DNA of 45,692 nt from a virus (Duplodnaviria > Heunggongvirae > Uroviricota > Caudoviricetes). This document shows positions 1 to 10,517 of this stretch, piece after piece (positions within the stretch are counted from its first letter, which is position 1; each line of letters starts with the position of its first letter). The stretch lies in IMG/VR virus record IMGVR_UViG_2651869695_000008. One strand, given 5' to 3'. The notes below the pieces were generated by a model. That model was not told where the DNA came from and did not search any database. It saw only the letters and a list, made by a program, of their open reading frames with translations. The position numbers and the translations under genes are program-made.

Positions 1-1125
<1,125 letters not shown>

Positions 1126-1157
1126 TCAGGTGGCCAAACTTACTGTGCCACTACAAT

Positions 1158-1415
1158 CCACGCCAGCGTGAAGCTGGTATCTCCGGCGGATTTCTGCCCC
1201 TGTCCGGTTGCGGTCCAGTCCGCATCTTCATCATCGAGATAGCTGTCGTCATAGGGCTCCGCGGTCAGTTCGCCGGGCGTCAGGTCTTTAACTTTTGCCA
1301 GACGCGACCAGTCAACGTCTGAAAGCGGGTTCGCATAAGGGTCACCGCTCCCCTTATAAACCCACAGAGTGGTTCCGGCACCTTTCACCGGTGCCAGAGG
1401 ATTTGGTGTTGGCAT
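1158..1415 (-). pseudogene. V: Major tail protein V, N-terminal 86 codons only, truncated by the IS insertion
   Basis: Translation [86 protein letters not shown] matches lambda gpV N-terminus, then switches to IS-derived codons. Confidence 0.8.
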
Positions 1416-1422
1416 ATCGTCC

Positions 1423-1818
1423 TCACATTTCATAGGTAATGACATAAGTCAGATCGGCTGAACTCCACAGGCCCGCATCATCGTCGCGCCGGTAGTCATA
1501 GCCACTGGCCACCATACTGGTGATCAAATCTGACAGTGCCGGGATATCGTTCATCACCGGATAAATCCGGGACTCCATCCACGCATCCAGCTCTGAATCC
1601 GGTACCTGAGCAGGCAGGAAAACTTCAATATGCAGCTCCGCCTGCCAGGTATCGCTGTCCAGCTCTTCGCCCGTGTATTCAGCGCCGGTGAGATAAACGG
1701 CAACTGCCGGAAAATCCGCCTCATCAAAAACAGCGGGGCGACCATCAAAAAGCGTCGCCCCGGTGTCATGCTTCTCCAGTGCATCCAGTACGGCTGCACG
1801 GAGTTCAGTATGTTTCAT
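1423..1818 (-). CDS. U: Tail terminator protein U
   Basis: 131-aa ORF matching lambda gpU in sequence and length; correct synteny between Z and V. Confidence 0.9.
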   Translation of the reverse strand: MKHTELRAAVLDALEKHDTGATLFDGRPAVFDEADFPAVAVYLTGAEYTGEELDSDTWQAELHIEVFLPAQVPDSELDAWMESRIYPVMNDIPALSDLITSMVASGYDYRRDDDAGLWSSADLTYVITYEM

Positions 1819-2348
1819 CGCTTTATCGCAATCCTCAGTTGTTGTTTCAGGGCGTATTCCAGTTCTTTCGGCAAACGTTCACGCCGTATCTGTTCAATAT
1901 TCTGTTTAAACGCCGTGGTCAGCGGCACCGCCATCGGGATTTTCACCACATCAATGGGGTAACGGTTTTTCCCGGCCACACGCTGCATGACATGCCAGCG
2001 ACCATTTTTTAATCGCTGGATAAATGCCCGCTGATAACGATGCTGACCGGCCCGTAGCGTACTGTTGGGACGACTTCCGGTGATCCGTATCCCCAGTTTG
2101 ATGACAGGTAAATCACCGCGGTTAACAATGATTTTTACGTGCGGATTTTTGACCGTGGCCTTTTTCAGTCTGGCCCTTTCCTTTACCAGTTTTCGCCGCA
2201 CCTTTGTCTCACGGGCAACCTGTGACGCCGACTGATTCATTGCCGTTGTGGCCACGCGGTTAATGGCCATTGCGGAGGCACCGGGCACTGCCGTTTTGCT
2301 GATACGGCTGAGGTTTTCAACGGCCTGCTCAAGACCTTTTATGGCCAT
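1815..2348 (-). CDS. Z: Tail completion protein Z (177 aa; shorter than the length I recall for lambda Z)
   Basis: N-terminus MAIKGLEQAVENLSRISKTAVPGA and C-terminus PIDVVKIPMAVPLTTAFKQNIE match lambda gpZ; synteny FII-Z-U. Confidence 0.85.
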   Translation of the reverse strand: MAIKGLEQAVENLSRISKTAVPGASAMAINRVATTAMNQSASQVARETKVRRKLVKERARLKKATVKNPHVKIIVNRGDLPVIKLGIRITGSRPNSTLRAGQHRYQRAFIQRLKNGRWHVMQRVAGKNRYPIDVVKIPMAVPLTTAFKQNIEQIRRERLPKELEYALKQQLRIAIKR

Positions 2349-2359
2349 ACCTCCTCCTT

Positions 2360-2713
2360 TCAGCGACGACGGTTAACGGCAGGCGGCACGCCACGCCCAA
2401 GCCAGAGATGACAGCTTCCGCCATCATCCGGTGAAATCCGGTCTATCCAGAAGTTTTCCTCACCGATGGTCAGCGTGTCGCCGCGCCGCAGCTGCCGCAC
2501 ATCATCAGTCCGGACAAACAGGGACGGGCAGGAGCCTTCAACACGTACGCCCTGTCCGGCATAGCTGATATTTTCAGGGTCATCAAAAACACCACGTATT
2601 ACTGCGCCGGACTGCTCACCGGATGTCATGGTGGCTGACGTTCCCATGTACCCGCGTATCGTTTCATCGGCGCGGGCAATGGCAGCATCGAACAGGTTAT
2701 CGAAATCAGCCAC
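2360..2713 (-). CDS. FII: Head-tail joining protein FII
   Basis: 117-aa ORF matching lambda gpFII. Confidence 0.9.
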   Translation of the reverse strand: MADFDNLFDAAIARADETIRGYMGTSATMTSGEQSGAVIRGVFDDPENISYAGQGVRVEGSCPSLFVRTDDVRQLRRGDTLTIGEENFWIDRISPDDGGSCHLWLGRGVPPAVNRRR

Positions 2714-2724
2714 AGCGCCTCCCG

Positions 2725-3123
2725 TTATTGCATTCTGGCCAGGCCACGTTCTGTCATTTCGGCTGCCACACCGGCAGAGACACGAAATGCCGTTCCCGGC
2801 AGCACAAATGCCACAGGTTCATCCCGCGTGGCGTGAAGTGCATCAGTATGCAGCGTCACCAGTGCCACGACCGTGGCCAGTTCAGCCGTATCCTGAATCA
2901 CGGTGTCCGGCTGCGCTGATACCACCTCATTTTCATGCCCGGTCAGCACATTTTCCGGGCCGGGAGGGGTATCCTGACCCGCAGCGTCATCCGTGTCATC
3001 AAGCTCCTCTTCCAGCTCTGCCACACGGAGCGCCAGTTCTTCTTTCGTCCCCGTCAGGCTGACATCACGGTTCAGTTGTTCACCCAGGGAGCGGAGACGG
3101 GCAATCAGTTCATCTTTCGTCAT
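2725..3123 (-). CDS. FI: DNA packaging protein FI
   Basis: From MTKDELIARLRSLGEQL... matches lambda gpFI (132 aa); GGAGGA Shine-Dalgarno upstream of this Met; the longer track ORF start is probably not used. Confidence 0.85.
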   Translation of the reverse strand: MTKDELIARLRSLGEQLNRDVSLTGTKEELALRVAELEEELDDTDDAAGQDTPPGPENVLTGHENEVVSAQPDTVIQDTAELATVVALVTLHTDALHATRDEPVAFVLPGTAFRVSAGVAAEMTERGLARMQ

Positions 3124-3164
3124 GGACTCCTCCACAGAGAAACAATGGCCCCGAAGGGCCATGA

Positions 3165-4190
3165 TTACGCCAGTTGTACGGACACGAACTCATCAGGGTC
3201 AGCCAGCAGCATCAGCGGTGCTGACTGAATCATGGTGAACTCACGCGCCGGATCGCCGGTGGTCACCCAGTTTTTCGGGTAGCGGGCAGAGGCGTTAATG
3301 CCTTCGCGCTGTGCGTCCGCATCCTGAATGCAGCCATAGGTGCGCAGACCGCGTGCCTGAGTGTTCCCCAGTACCATCGTGTTGTCCGGCAGGAAGTTCT
3401 TTTTGACGCCGTTTTCCACGTACTGTCCGGAATACACGACGATGGCCACATCGCCATACATCCCCTTATAGGACACCGCTTTACCCAGGTCTTTTACCGC
3501 TGTCTCCAGCTCGGAATTAGAGCCGCGACGGGTATCCAGCTTCTCCCTGACAGCTTTGAAGGAACGGAACAGCGCCCAGCCTTTCGGATCAAACACGATG
3601 ATATTCACCACACCGCTGGCATTCAGCGCGTAGGCTTCAATATCGTCGGTCGGGTCATACGTGGACTTGTCACGCTTGCTCCACTCCGTGCCGCCGGACT
3701 GTGTGATGTTGTTCGCCGCACTGCGGCCCATATCCACCTCAACCGGATCGAAGGCTTCACCGGTCATGGTGTATTTGCCCCTGAGCACGGCAGAAACGGC
3801 CTGCATCTCTTCGACCTGAGCAATGGCCAGCTCTTCGTCTCGCATGTTCTGCAGGATGATGCGACGGCGGCGGTAAGCCGGGTCCGCCAGATTCTGTGGA
3901 TCTTCATCCGGCAGGCGACGCAGAGTCATCTGCGGATTCACCCCATGCTTCGGCTTGACATATCCCGGCGTAAATTCAGAGGTGGAGCCGCCACGGGAGC
4001 GGATAACCTCACCGGAAACAATCGGCGAAACGTACAGCGCCATGTTTACCAGCCCCGGAATTTGTGAGAGATAGACTTTCTCCGTGGTGAAGGGATAGCT
4101 CTCACGGAAAAAGAGACGCAGAAACAGCGGATCAAACTTAAATTTCTGCTCATTTGCCGCCAGCAGCTGGGCGGTTGTGTACATCGACAT
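3165..4190 (-). CDS. E: Major capsid protein E
   Basis: From MSMYTTAQLLAANEQKF... near-identical to lambda gpE over 341 aa. Confidence 0.95.
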   Translation of the reverse strand: MSMYTTAQLLAANEQKFKFDPLFLRLFFRESYPFTTEKVYLSQIPGLVNMALYVSPIVSGEVIRSRGGSTSEFTPGYVKPKHGVNPQMTLRRLPDEDPQNLADPAYRRRRIILQNMRDEELAIAQVEEMQAVSAVLRGKYTMTGEAFDPVEVDMGRSAANNITQSGGTEWSKRDKSTYDPTDDIEAYALNASGVVNIIVFDPKGWALFRSFKAVREKLDTRRGSNSELETAVKDLGKAVSYKGMYGDVAIVVYSGQYVENGVKKNFLPDNTMVLGNTQARGLRTYGCIQDADAQREGINASARYPKNWVTTGDPAREFTMIQSAPLMLLADPDEFVSVQLA

Positions 4191-4245
4191 AAAAAAATCC
4201 CGTAAAAAAAGCCGCAAAGGCGGCCTTTAGTGATGAAGGGTCAGG

Positions 4246-4578
4246 TTAAACGATGCTGATTGCCGTTCCGGCAAACGCGGTCCGTTTTTTCGTCTCGTCG
4301 CTGGCAGCATCCGGCCAGAGCACATCCTCATAACGGAACGTGCCGGACTTGTAGAACGTCAGCGTGGTGCTGGTCTGGTCAGCAGCAACCGCCAGAATGC
4401 CAACAGCAGCACCGTCAGTGGTGCCATCCCACGCAACCAGCTTACGGGTGGAGGTATCCGGCATCAGCGGGGTCATTGCAGGCGTTTTCGCACTCAATCC
4501 GCCGGGCGCGGTTGCGGTATGAGCCGGGTCACTGTTGCCCAGCGGCTGGTAATGGGTAAAGGTTTCTTTGCTCGTCAT
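4246..4578 (-). CDS. D: Head decoration protein D
   Basis: From [27 protein letters not shown]... matches lambda gpD (110 aa). Confidence 0.9.
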   Translation of the reverse strand: MTSKETFTHYQPLGNSDPAHTATAPGGLSAKTPAMTPLMPDTSTRKLVAWDGTTDGAAVGILAVAADQTSTTLTFYKSGTFRYEDVLWPDAASDETKKRTAFAGTAISIV

Positions 4579-4587
4579 AAACATCCC

Positions 4588-5193
4588 TTACACTGGTGTG
4601 TTCAGCAAATCGTTAACGGCATCGGATGCCGGGTTACCTGCAGCCAGCGGTGCCGGTGCCCCCTGCATCAGACGATCCAGCGCAGTGTCACTGCGCGCCT
4701 GTGCACTCTGTGGTGCTGCGGCCAGAATGCGGCGGGCCGTTTCCACGGTCATTCCGGGGGTTTCTGCCAGCACGCGTGCCTGTTCTTCACGTCCGTGGGC
4801 CTCCTCACAGTTGAGGATCCCCATAATGCGGCTGTTTTCTGCCGCAACCGCTGCGGTGATCTGCGCGTTCACGTCCGGCTGCGCCGCGCTGGCGTTTTCG
4901 CCCTCCGTCGCTGGAACCACGTCAGTAACGTCAGCCTGCGAAGCAGTGGCAGAAACAGTTGTTGATTGAGTCTCTTTGGTCATTCGCCCTCCTGAGAGAC
5001 GGGATTTACGTGCATCCAGTGCATCACGCATGACGGTGATCGCATCGGTGCTGTTAACAAGTTCATCAGCCAGTCCGGCATCAATGGCCTCCTGACCGCT
5101 GTATACTGCAGCCTCGGTATCCAGCACGGCCTGCACGGACAGGCCGGTATATGCCGACACCTTCTGCGCAAACATCCGGCGGGTTGCATCCAT
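4588..5193 (-). CDS. Nu3: Scaffolding protein Nu3 (in-frame internal start within C)
   Basis: Internal Met at MDATRRMFAQKVSAYTG... gives a 201-aa product co-terminal with C, as in lambda. Confidence 0.7.
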   Translation of the reverse strand: MDATRRMFAQKVSAYTGLSVQAVLDTEAAVYSGQEAIDAGLADELVNSTDAITVMRDALDARKSRLSGGRMTKETQSTTVSATASQADVTDVVPATEGENASAAQPDVNAQITAAVAAENSRIMGILNCEEAHGREEQARVLAETPGMTVETARRILAAAPQSAQARSDTALDRLMQGAPAPLAAGNPASDAVNDLLNTPV

Positions 5194-5907
5194 CCGGGAC
5201 TGCAGTGTTTCCCGGACATCATCCGGAAGATGGCTGTAGGGGTTGCCATCCACCTTATGGCTGCCGCTGTAAATCAGCGTGATTTCCACACCCTGTTTCT
5301 CCAGCGCAGCGCCGTAATTACTGTGAGCCATCATGACGCCGATGGAGCCTGTCCGGGCGGTCTGCGTGACCAGACGCCGGGAGGCGGCACTGGCAAGCAA
5401 CTGACCTGCACTGCAGTTCATGTCGTTGGCCAGCGCCCATACCGGTTTTATGTCACGCACACGGGCGATGATGTCAGCGCAGTCAAATGCCCCCGCCACC
5501 ATCCCGCCGGGCGTGTCCATATCGAGCAGAATGCCGTCCACCATCGGATCGCTGGCAGCCTGTTGCAGACGGGCGATAATGCCGTTGTAACCGGTCATCC
5601 CCGAATACGGCTGCAGCGCCCGCGTCCGGCTGACCAGCGTGCCGGAAACCGGCAGCACGGCGATGCCGTTCATGACCTGATAACTGCGGGCCTGTCGTGG
5701 TCCGTCATCATCACCGGATAACGCCAGCGTCGCGGGTGCCTCTCCGGCAGTCAGGCTGTCACCGGACACCGCATCTGTCAGGCGGCTGATCCCAAGCTGG
5801 CCTGCAAGCGCACAAAAGAAAACCCGCGCATAGGCGGGTTCAAGCATCAGCGGCTCATTAAAGGCCATGCTGGCAATATGCGGGAGATTACGCAGCTCTG
5901 CTGTCAC
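4588..5907 (-). CDS. C: Capsid maturation protease C (GTG start)
   Basis: VTAELRNLPHIASMAFNEPLMLEP... matches lambda gpC; GTG at 5907 preceded by GAGGAGGAG. Confidence 0.9.
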   Translation of the reverse strand: MTAELRNLPHIASMAFNEPLMLEPAYARVFFCALAGQLGISRLTDAVSGDSLTAGEAPATLALSGDDDGPRQARSYQVMNGIAVLPVSGTLVSRTRALQPYSGMTGYNGIIARLQQAASDPMVDGILLDMDTPGGMVAGAFDCADIIARVRDIKPVWALANDMNCSAGQLLASAASRRLVTQTARTGSIGVMMAHSNYGAALEKQGVEITLIYSGSHKVDGNPYSHLPDDVRETLQSRMDATRRMFAQKVSAYTGLSVQAVLDTEAAVYSGQEAIDAGLADELVNSTDAITVMRDALDARKSRLSGGRMTKETQSTTVSATASQADVTDVVPATEGENASAAQPDVNAQITAAVAAENSRIMGILNCEEAHGREEQARVLAETPGMTVETARRILAAAPQSAQARSDTALDRLMQGAPAPLAAGNPASDAVNDLLNTPV

Positions 5908-6668
5908 TCTTCTCCTCCTCTGTTGATTGTCGCAGCCCGGATTCAAATGCCGCAGCCGCCCAGGCGGGCGGTTTAAGACCAGCCGCGCGGCGCTCCATCG
6001 TTTCACGAACCTGCTGGGCAAAAATTTCCTGATAGTCGTCACCGCGTTTCGCGCACTCTTTCTCGTAGGTGCTCAGTCCGGCTTCTATCAGCATCACCGC
6101 TTCCTGTACTTCTTTCAGACCATCGATGGCCATACGACCGGAGCCTATCCAGTCACAGTTCCCCCAGGCGCTGCGGGCTTCCTGAAAGCTGAAACGCGCT
6201 TTTGAAGGTAACGTCACCACGCGGCGAACGATGGCCTCTTCCAGCCAGCACAGAAACATCTGGCTCGCCTGACGGGATGCGACGAATTTTCGCCGCCCCA
6301 TAAAGTACGCCCACGACTCGTTCGCACTGGCCCGTGCCGTGGAGTAGCTCATCTGGGCGTAATTCCGGGAAAGCTGCTCATACGAGACACCCAGCCCGGC
6401 AGCGATATACCGCAACAGTGACTGCTCAAACACGGAGTAGCCGTTATCCGTGTTCTGAGCCGTCTGCAGGTTCAGTGAGTCCCCCGGCATCAGGTGCGGC
6501 ACTTTTGCGCCTCCCAGCCGGACCGGTGCTGCGGCGTAATACGCGGCAATTTCACCAATCCAGCCGGTCAGCCTGTCCCGCTGCTCCTGACTGTTAGCGC
6601 CCAGAATAAAATCCATCGCTGACTGCGTATCCAGCTCACTCTCGATGGTGGCGGCATACATCGCCTTT
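5888..6668 (-). pseudogene. B: Portal protein B, C-terminal half (about 257 codons), separated from its N-terminal half by the satellite insertion
   Basis: MYAATIESELDTQSAMDFILGANSQEQRDRL... through ...STEEEKSDSRAA matches the lambda gpB C-terminal region; upstream is non-lambda DNA. Confidence 0.85.
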
Positions 6669-6741
6669 ATGAAAAGACAGGAAAAAATAAAATTTAAAAA
6701 CAGTACATTACGAATGCTCAGACCTATCGTTTAAAGGAGTC

Positions 6742-6763
6742 GCAATACACACTGCAATACACG
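6742..6763 (+). repeat. Two direct copies of GCAATACAC(A/G) near the left end of the satellite; candidate integrase arm-type sites
   Basis: Same motif occurs three times at 17377-17429 near the other end of the element. Confidence 0.5.
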
Positions 6764-7103
6764 ATTATTTATAAGATGAGCGGCATCCGTCATAAAGCTG
6801 GTGGATGCTTTTTCTATGCATATATGCACAGTTTTAGTGGGCGTTAATGTCGATATAGGGATCCCCATATCGAGATTGGATACCTGGCTTTTTTCCGGTT
6901 AACCTTTAATCAGGCTGGTGGGCTTTACCTGTTTTGTATGAGTGGTCATCATGACCATGTCATAACAAAAACCCCATATTCGTGGTTTTTCTGTGTCGGG
7001 CTATTCTGTCGTTGCTGTGCTGATTTGGCTGGTGGGCTGAATCATCATTACGGCGATGCAGCTATGTAGACGTTCCGGCCTCCTCAAATTGAGGATTGTG
7101 GAA

Positions 7104-7255
7104 GAATCAATGGGTTAGTCTTACTTTCCCGACATCCCCCAATGGGGGTTTTCGAAACAATCAATAGCTTAGGCTTACTTCCCCGATTTCCTGCATTGCA
7201 GGTTTTCGAAATAATCAATGGGTTAGGCCATCGTGCAATTTTGCACTTTGCCAGC
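7104..7255 (+). repeat. About 2.7 tandem copies of a ~56-bp repeat, each with a short GC hairpin followed by TTTTCGAAA
   Basis: Units begin AATCAAT(G/A)G(G/C)TTAGG; hairpins CCCCCAATGGGGG, CCTGCATTGCAGG, GTGCAATTTTGCAC differ in stem sequence but stay self-complementary; a fourth hairpin CCCCCAGTGGGGG at 7308-7320. Confidence 0.5.
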
Positions 7256-7476
7256 CAGCGCAATGTCGCGTTATCAGTCCTCAGATGTGAGGGATGTAGC
7301 CAGCTTTTCCCCCAGTGGGGGATATCCAGCACCGACGGCTTAACTGTGCGTGCCAGCACAAGGTAGCCTTGAACTACTTACTGCATCCCATCTTACAGGC
7401 CGTGCCTTCCTGCTTAACTTTTTGCAATGCAACAAGTCAGCCAGCGCAATTTTGCGTTATCGGGAATATCAGCAAG

Positions 7477-7758
7477 TTACCGCCGCAATCGTTCCGGCTT
7501 CTTCCACTGGTAAGTGTTTTTCGCGCTCTCCCTCCGTTGTTGAGAACGGCGACGATATGCCAGCAACTCAAGGACTCTTGTTCGTATGTTGCGCATATCC
7601 ACGCCGTTAAGCTCAATACCGTCACGGCGCATCACCTCAGCCACTACACGCACATAATTATCTGCGGTCACGCTGTCCGGCTGCGTGGCCTGTTCGTCAT
7701 GCTGCTTGCTGATTCCACAAGCACGGCGGATTAATCGCAGTATTTCGGATTCAGTCAT
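7477..7758 (-). CDS. Hypothetical protein (93 aa), last gene of the satellite packaging module
   Basis: ORF only; basic C-terminus; no recognisable motif. Confidence 0.35.
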   Translation of the reverse strand: MTESEILRLIRRACGISKQHDEQATQPDSVTADNYVRVVAEVMRRDGIELNGVDMRNIRTRVLELLAYRRRSQQRRESAKNTYQWKKPERLRR

Positions 7759-7769
7759 AGCGTACTACG

Positions 7770-8312
7770 TTACTTATCTTTATTCGGCTGCAACTTATCC
7801 GGTACGTTTCCGGCAGTTTCCATCAGATAATCGGACAGCATCAGCGGTATGTTTTCGTCAAGTTTTGCGCATGCGTTACAGGCTCTGATAACTTCTTTTT
7901 TCAGTCCATCCAGCATAGACGGCTTCATGTCGGGAAACTTCCTTGTCATGGCAAGCGGCAGGCTGTCCATGATTGAAGAAATCTGACTCGCCAATTTTGA
8001 AAGCACGTATATACAAAACGCGGTATCAATAACGTCGCCGCGTTCGCGCTCGTTTTTAAGCTCCTGCGCCTCTGCCTGTGCTGTCAGCAATCTGATCCTG
8101 ACTCGTAGGAGTTCATCATCATCAATCTCGCCTTTGTCGTCTGTAATCTGGTTAATTGCATTGCTAACCCGATTGTCTATTACGCTGGCAACATCATAAA
8201 ACGCCTCGCGGCCTTTACGTTCAACGGGAGTCACTCCCCACTTGTCGAACGCTGTCGCACTTACACGGCAGCTTTGCGCCATGTTTTTTTTGTTCATCAG
8301 GTGCGATTTCAT
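7770..8312 (-). CDS. Nu1-like small terminase subunit of the satellite (candidate packaging-redirection protein)
   Basis: C-terminal region DTAFCIYVLSKLASQISSIMDSLPLAMTRKFP... parallels lambda Nu1 ETAFCTFVLSRIAREISSILDGIPLSVQRRFP...; N-terminal DNA-binding region divergent; lies directly downstream of a cos site. Confidence 0.75.
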   Translation of the reverse strand: MKSHLMNKKNMAQSCRVSATAFDKWGVTPVERKGREAFYDVASVIDNRVSNAINQITDDKGEIDDDELLRVRIRLLTAQAEAQELKNERERGDVIDTAFCIYVLSKLASQISSIMDSLPLAMTRKFPDMKPSMLDGLKKEVIRACNACAKLDENIPLMLSDYLMETAGNVPDKLQPNKDK

Positions 8313-8420
8313 CAATATCCCCACTTAAGTAATGTTTCAGGTTGGTGTATTGGCTTTATCTTTTCCTTTTTATTCATAGAGATAGAGCGAACAACAAAAC
8401 CACCACCAGCACCCGAAAAA

Positions 8421-8484
8421 GGCTCATAAATAGCGAAAACCCGCGAGGTCGCCGCCCCGTAGCCTACCGGATCGCCGGAAAGGA
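8421..8484 (-). other. Satellite cos site; cosN 12-nt cohesive-end sequence at 8446-8457
   Basis: CATAAATAGCGAAAACCCGCGAGGTCGCCGCCCCGTA is identical to the prophage cos at 21186-21224 and to the reverse complement of lambda cosN GGGCGGCGACCT; the flank on the terminase side differs from the prophage. Confidence 0.8.
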
Positions 8485-8513
8485 CCCGCCAGCCAGAACG
8501 GGCCCTAATTTCA

Positions 8514-8897
8514 TCAACCAATCAACTTATAGCGACCATCCCGTGCATTGCGACGTACACGCTCAATCTTGAGGCATAGCGCCGCATCTGGCTTTTTTGG
8601 GACAGGTACGCGGCAATATTCAGAAGATCGAGGAATATTGTTTATCCAGTCGATCACTTCACTTAAATACCAGGCCTTACGCCCTTCCGTAACCTGTACG
8701 CGTTCGGGGAACTCTCCGCGAGCCTCAAGGTTTAGCAATGTGCGACGGCTAAGGGTAGTAAGTTCCATCACCTGATTCATATCAACAAGGCGTTCACTTA
8801 AACGCATTTTGTCAGCAATAGCCTTTAATTCCTCTACTGCTGGATCCGGATACATCATTTCGGCAATTGGCTTAAGGTCATTGTAATGATTCTGCAT
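8514..8897 (-). CDS. AlpA-family helix-turn-helix regulator (127-aa ORF; true start may be internal)
   Basis: MELTTLSRRTLLNLEARGEFPERVQVTEGRKAWYLSEVIDWI matches the AlpA-family pattern. Confidence 0.6.
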   Translation of the reverse strand: MQNHYNDLKPIAEMMYPDPAVEELKAIADKMRLSERLVDMNQVMELTTLSRRTLLNLEARGEFPERVQVTEGRKAWYLSEVIDWINNIPRSSEYCRVPVPKKPDAALCLKIERVRRNARDGRYKLIG

Positions 8898-8908
8898 TGT
8901 ATCCCCCT

Positions 8909-9250
8909 TTACACACGAGCCAGCGGCTGAACAGAAATACCTGAGCCAACAAACGCGGCAACCTTTGCCGACAGTTCTTTTACAGACTCAGGCCAGTTCA
9001 GAGCATCAACATTTAAAACACCTGTCTTATAAACCTGTGCCTGTGTTTTTTTCGCTGTGTCGATTTGTACAGCGGAAACATAAACCGCTTTACCTACGCT
9101 CGAACCATCCCATACCACCAGTGCACCTGTTGCATCTTCCTGCATCAGTGGCGTAAATGCAGGAATTACCCCTTTATTAGCTGAAAATATCCCCAGCGTA
9201 GTCACCAGTGCTTCAGTGCCAGCCATGAGTTCAGTGTAATGAGTAGCCAT
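8909..9250 (-). CDS. Lambda D-like head decoration protein encoded by the satellite
   Basis: 113 aa; TPLMQEDATGALVVWDGSS...GKAVYV parallels lambda gpD TPLM...[17 protein letters not shown]; located directly downstream of the capsid gene. Confidence 0.65.
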   Translation of the reverse strand: MATHYTELMAGTEALVTTLGIFSANKGVIPAFTPLMQEDATGALVVWDGSSVGKAVYVSAVQIDTAKKTQAQVYKTGVLNVDALNWPESVKELSAKVAAFVGSGISVQPLARV

Positions 9251-9259
9251 TGCTCCCCC

Positions 9260-10306
9260 TTAGCCAATGCGAACGGTAACAAAACGATTGATGCGGGCCG
9301 GTATTGGCTGTGGTGCTGAATGTGTCTGCACATATTCAATAGCCGGATCACCAGGCACAATATAGTTTTTCGGTGCAAGTTCGGCTTTAGTCAGCCCCAT
9401 TCGGATTAGCTCCGGATCCTGAATACCGCCATAGGCGACAATCCCCTGAAGAGCCGTATTGCCAAGCACCATCAAATCAGGATCAAGGAAATGTTTTTCT
9501 GTTCCGTCCTCGTCGGTATAACGCCCGCTGTAAACAACAATCGCAACATCGCCCATATACCCTTTAAAACTCACCGAATCACCAAGGTCTTTAAGGGCCG
9601 TTTCCAGTTCGGAATTAGAACCACGACGGGTATCCAAAGCCTCTTTTATCGCTCTGAATGAACGGTATTTCTTCCATACATTACCACCCATAATGATGAT
9701 ATTAGTGACGCCCTCACTAAATTCTGCGTAGCTCTCAATATCATCATTTGGATCAAAAGTTTCTTTATCCTTACCTGACCACTCAGTACCGCCAGACTGA
9801 GTGATGATATTTTGTGGTTTTATATTCCAGTCCAGCTCATAACGTTCAATACCATCGCCCTCAATGATATTTTTCCCCGTTGTGATTGCCTGAACAGCAA
9901 GCCATTCAATACGTGCACGAATAGCTTTAGCCTGATTTACAATCGCCTGTTTAACTTTAATATTACGCGCCCCAAAAGCATTGTATTGCTCAGGTGACAC
10001 ACCAGCAGGGCGCACAGCTAACTTATTTGGATCAATGCTGCTTTTCGGCTTCATATAACCTGGACGAATTGTTTTTGATTCGTATCCCTCATCTCGTGAA
10101 ACTTTACTGCCCACCATAGGAGAGCAAAACGCCGCGATCGGGATATTTGGATCGTCGATCGTATCAAGAATAATGTCTCTCGATTCAAACATTACCGAGC
10201 GAGTGAAAAACAAACTGGTAAACAACGCATTTAATTTTTTTTGCACATCTTCAGCATTAGCCACCTGCACAAGCTGTGTAGGCGAATATAAATCAACCAT
10301 ACTCAT
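9260..10306 (-). CDS. Lambda E-like major capsid protein encoded by the satellite
   Basis: From MSMVDLYSPTQL...; long collinear similarity to lambda gpE including QSGGTEWS, DTRRGSNSELETA and GDVAIVVYSG blocks; AAGAGG Shine-Dalgarno upstream. Confidence 0.85.
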   Translation of the reverse strand: MSMVDLYSPTQLVQVANAEDVQKKLNALFTSLFFTRSVMFESRDIILDTIDDPNIPIAAFCSPMVGSKVSRDEGYESKTIRPGYMKPKSSIDPNKLAVRPAGVSPEQYNAFGARNIKVKQAIVNQAKAIRARIEWLAVQAITTGKNIIEGDGIERYELDWNIKPQNIITQSGGTEWSGKDKETFDPNDDIESYAEFSEGVTNIIIMGGNVWKKYRSFRAIKEALDTRRGSNSELETALKDLGDSVSFKGYMGDVAIVVYSGRYTDEDGTEKHFLDPDLMVLGNTALQGIVAYGGIQDPELIRMGLTKAELAPKNYIVPGDPAIEYVQTHSAPQPIPARINRFVTVRIG

Positions 10307-10517
10307 CCTCTTTACATTCATTACAAATAATTGTGAATATATTCTATTACCGATGTCTGCTATGCGAATACATGCAACCAAGTGCAATGTTGTATAAAAT
10401 ATGCCGTAACAACTTCAGTGCTGATAATTCGTGTTAATGTATTTACTTCCTTTGGTCGGGATTTATGTAGCATGCCGGAAAATCTATTTTTTTCCGGCAT
10501 CTTTTTGTTTGCAGAAT

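Noticed and set aside
2623..3238. Plus-strand ORFs antisense to FI and FII, including a Ser-run ORF
   Set aside because: Antisense to conserved lambda genes; compositional artefacts.
4260..4969. Plus-strand ORFs of 99-148 aa antisense to D and C
   Set aside because: Antisense to well-supported lambda head genes; GC-rich frame artefacts.
7104..7255. Possible CRISPR array
   Set aside because: Units are about 56 bp and directly adjacent without unique spacers; repeats differ from each other, so this is not a repeat-spacer array.
7084..7758. Several 60-140 aa ORFs on both strands in the satellite left-end region (7084-7359, 7142-7366, 7315-7734, 7350-7610, 7437-7625)
   Set aside because: Mutually overlapping and sitting on tandem repeats and hairpins; no ribosome-binding sites; region looks non-coding.
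8312..8521. 69-aa ORF between the satellite regulator and small terminase
   Set aside because: Overlaps the cos site, whose conservation with the prophage cos explains the sequence; no start signals.
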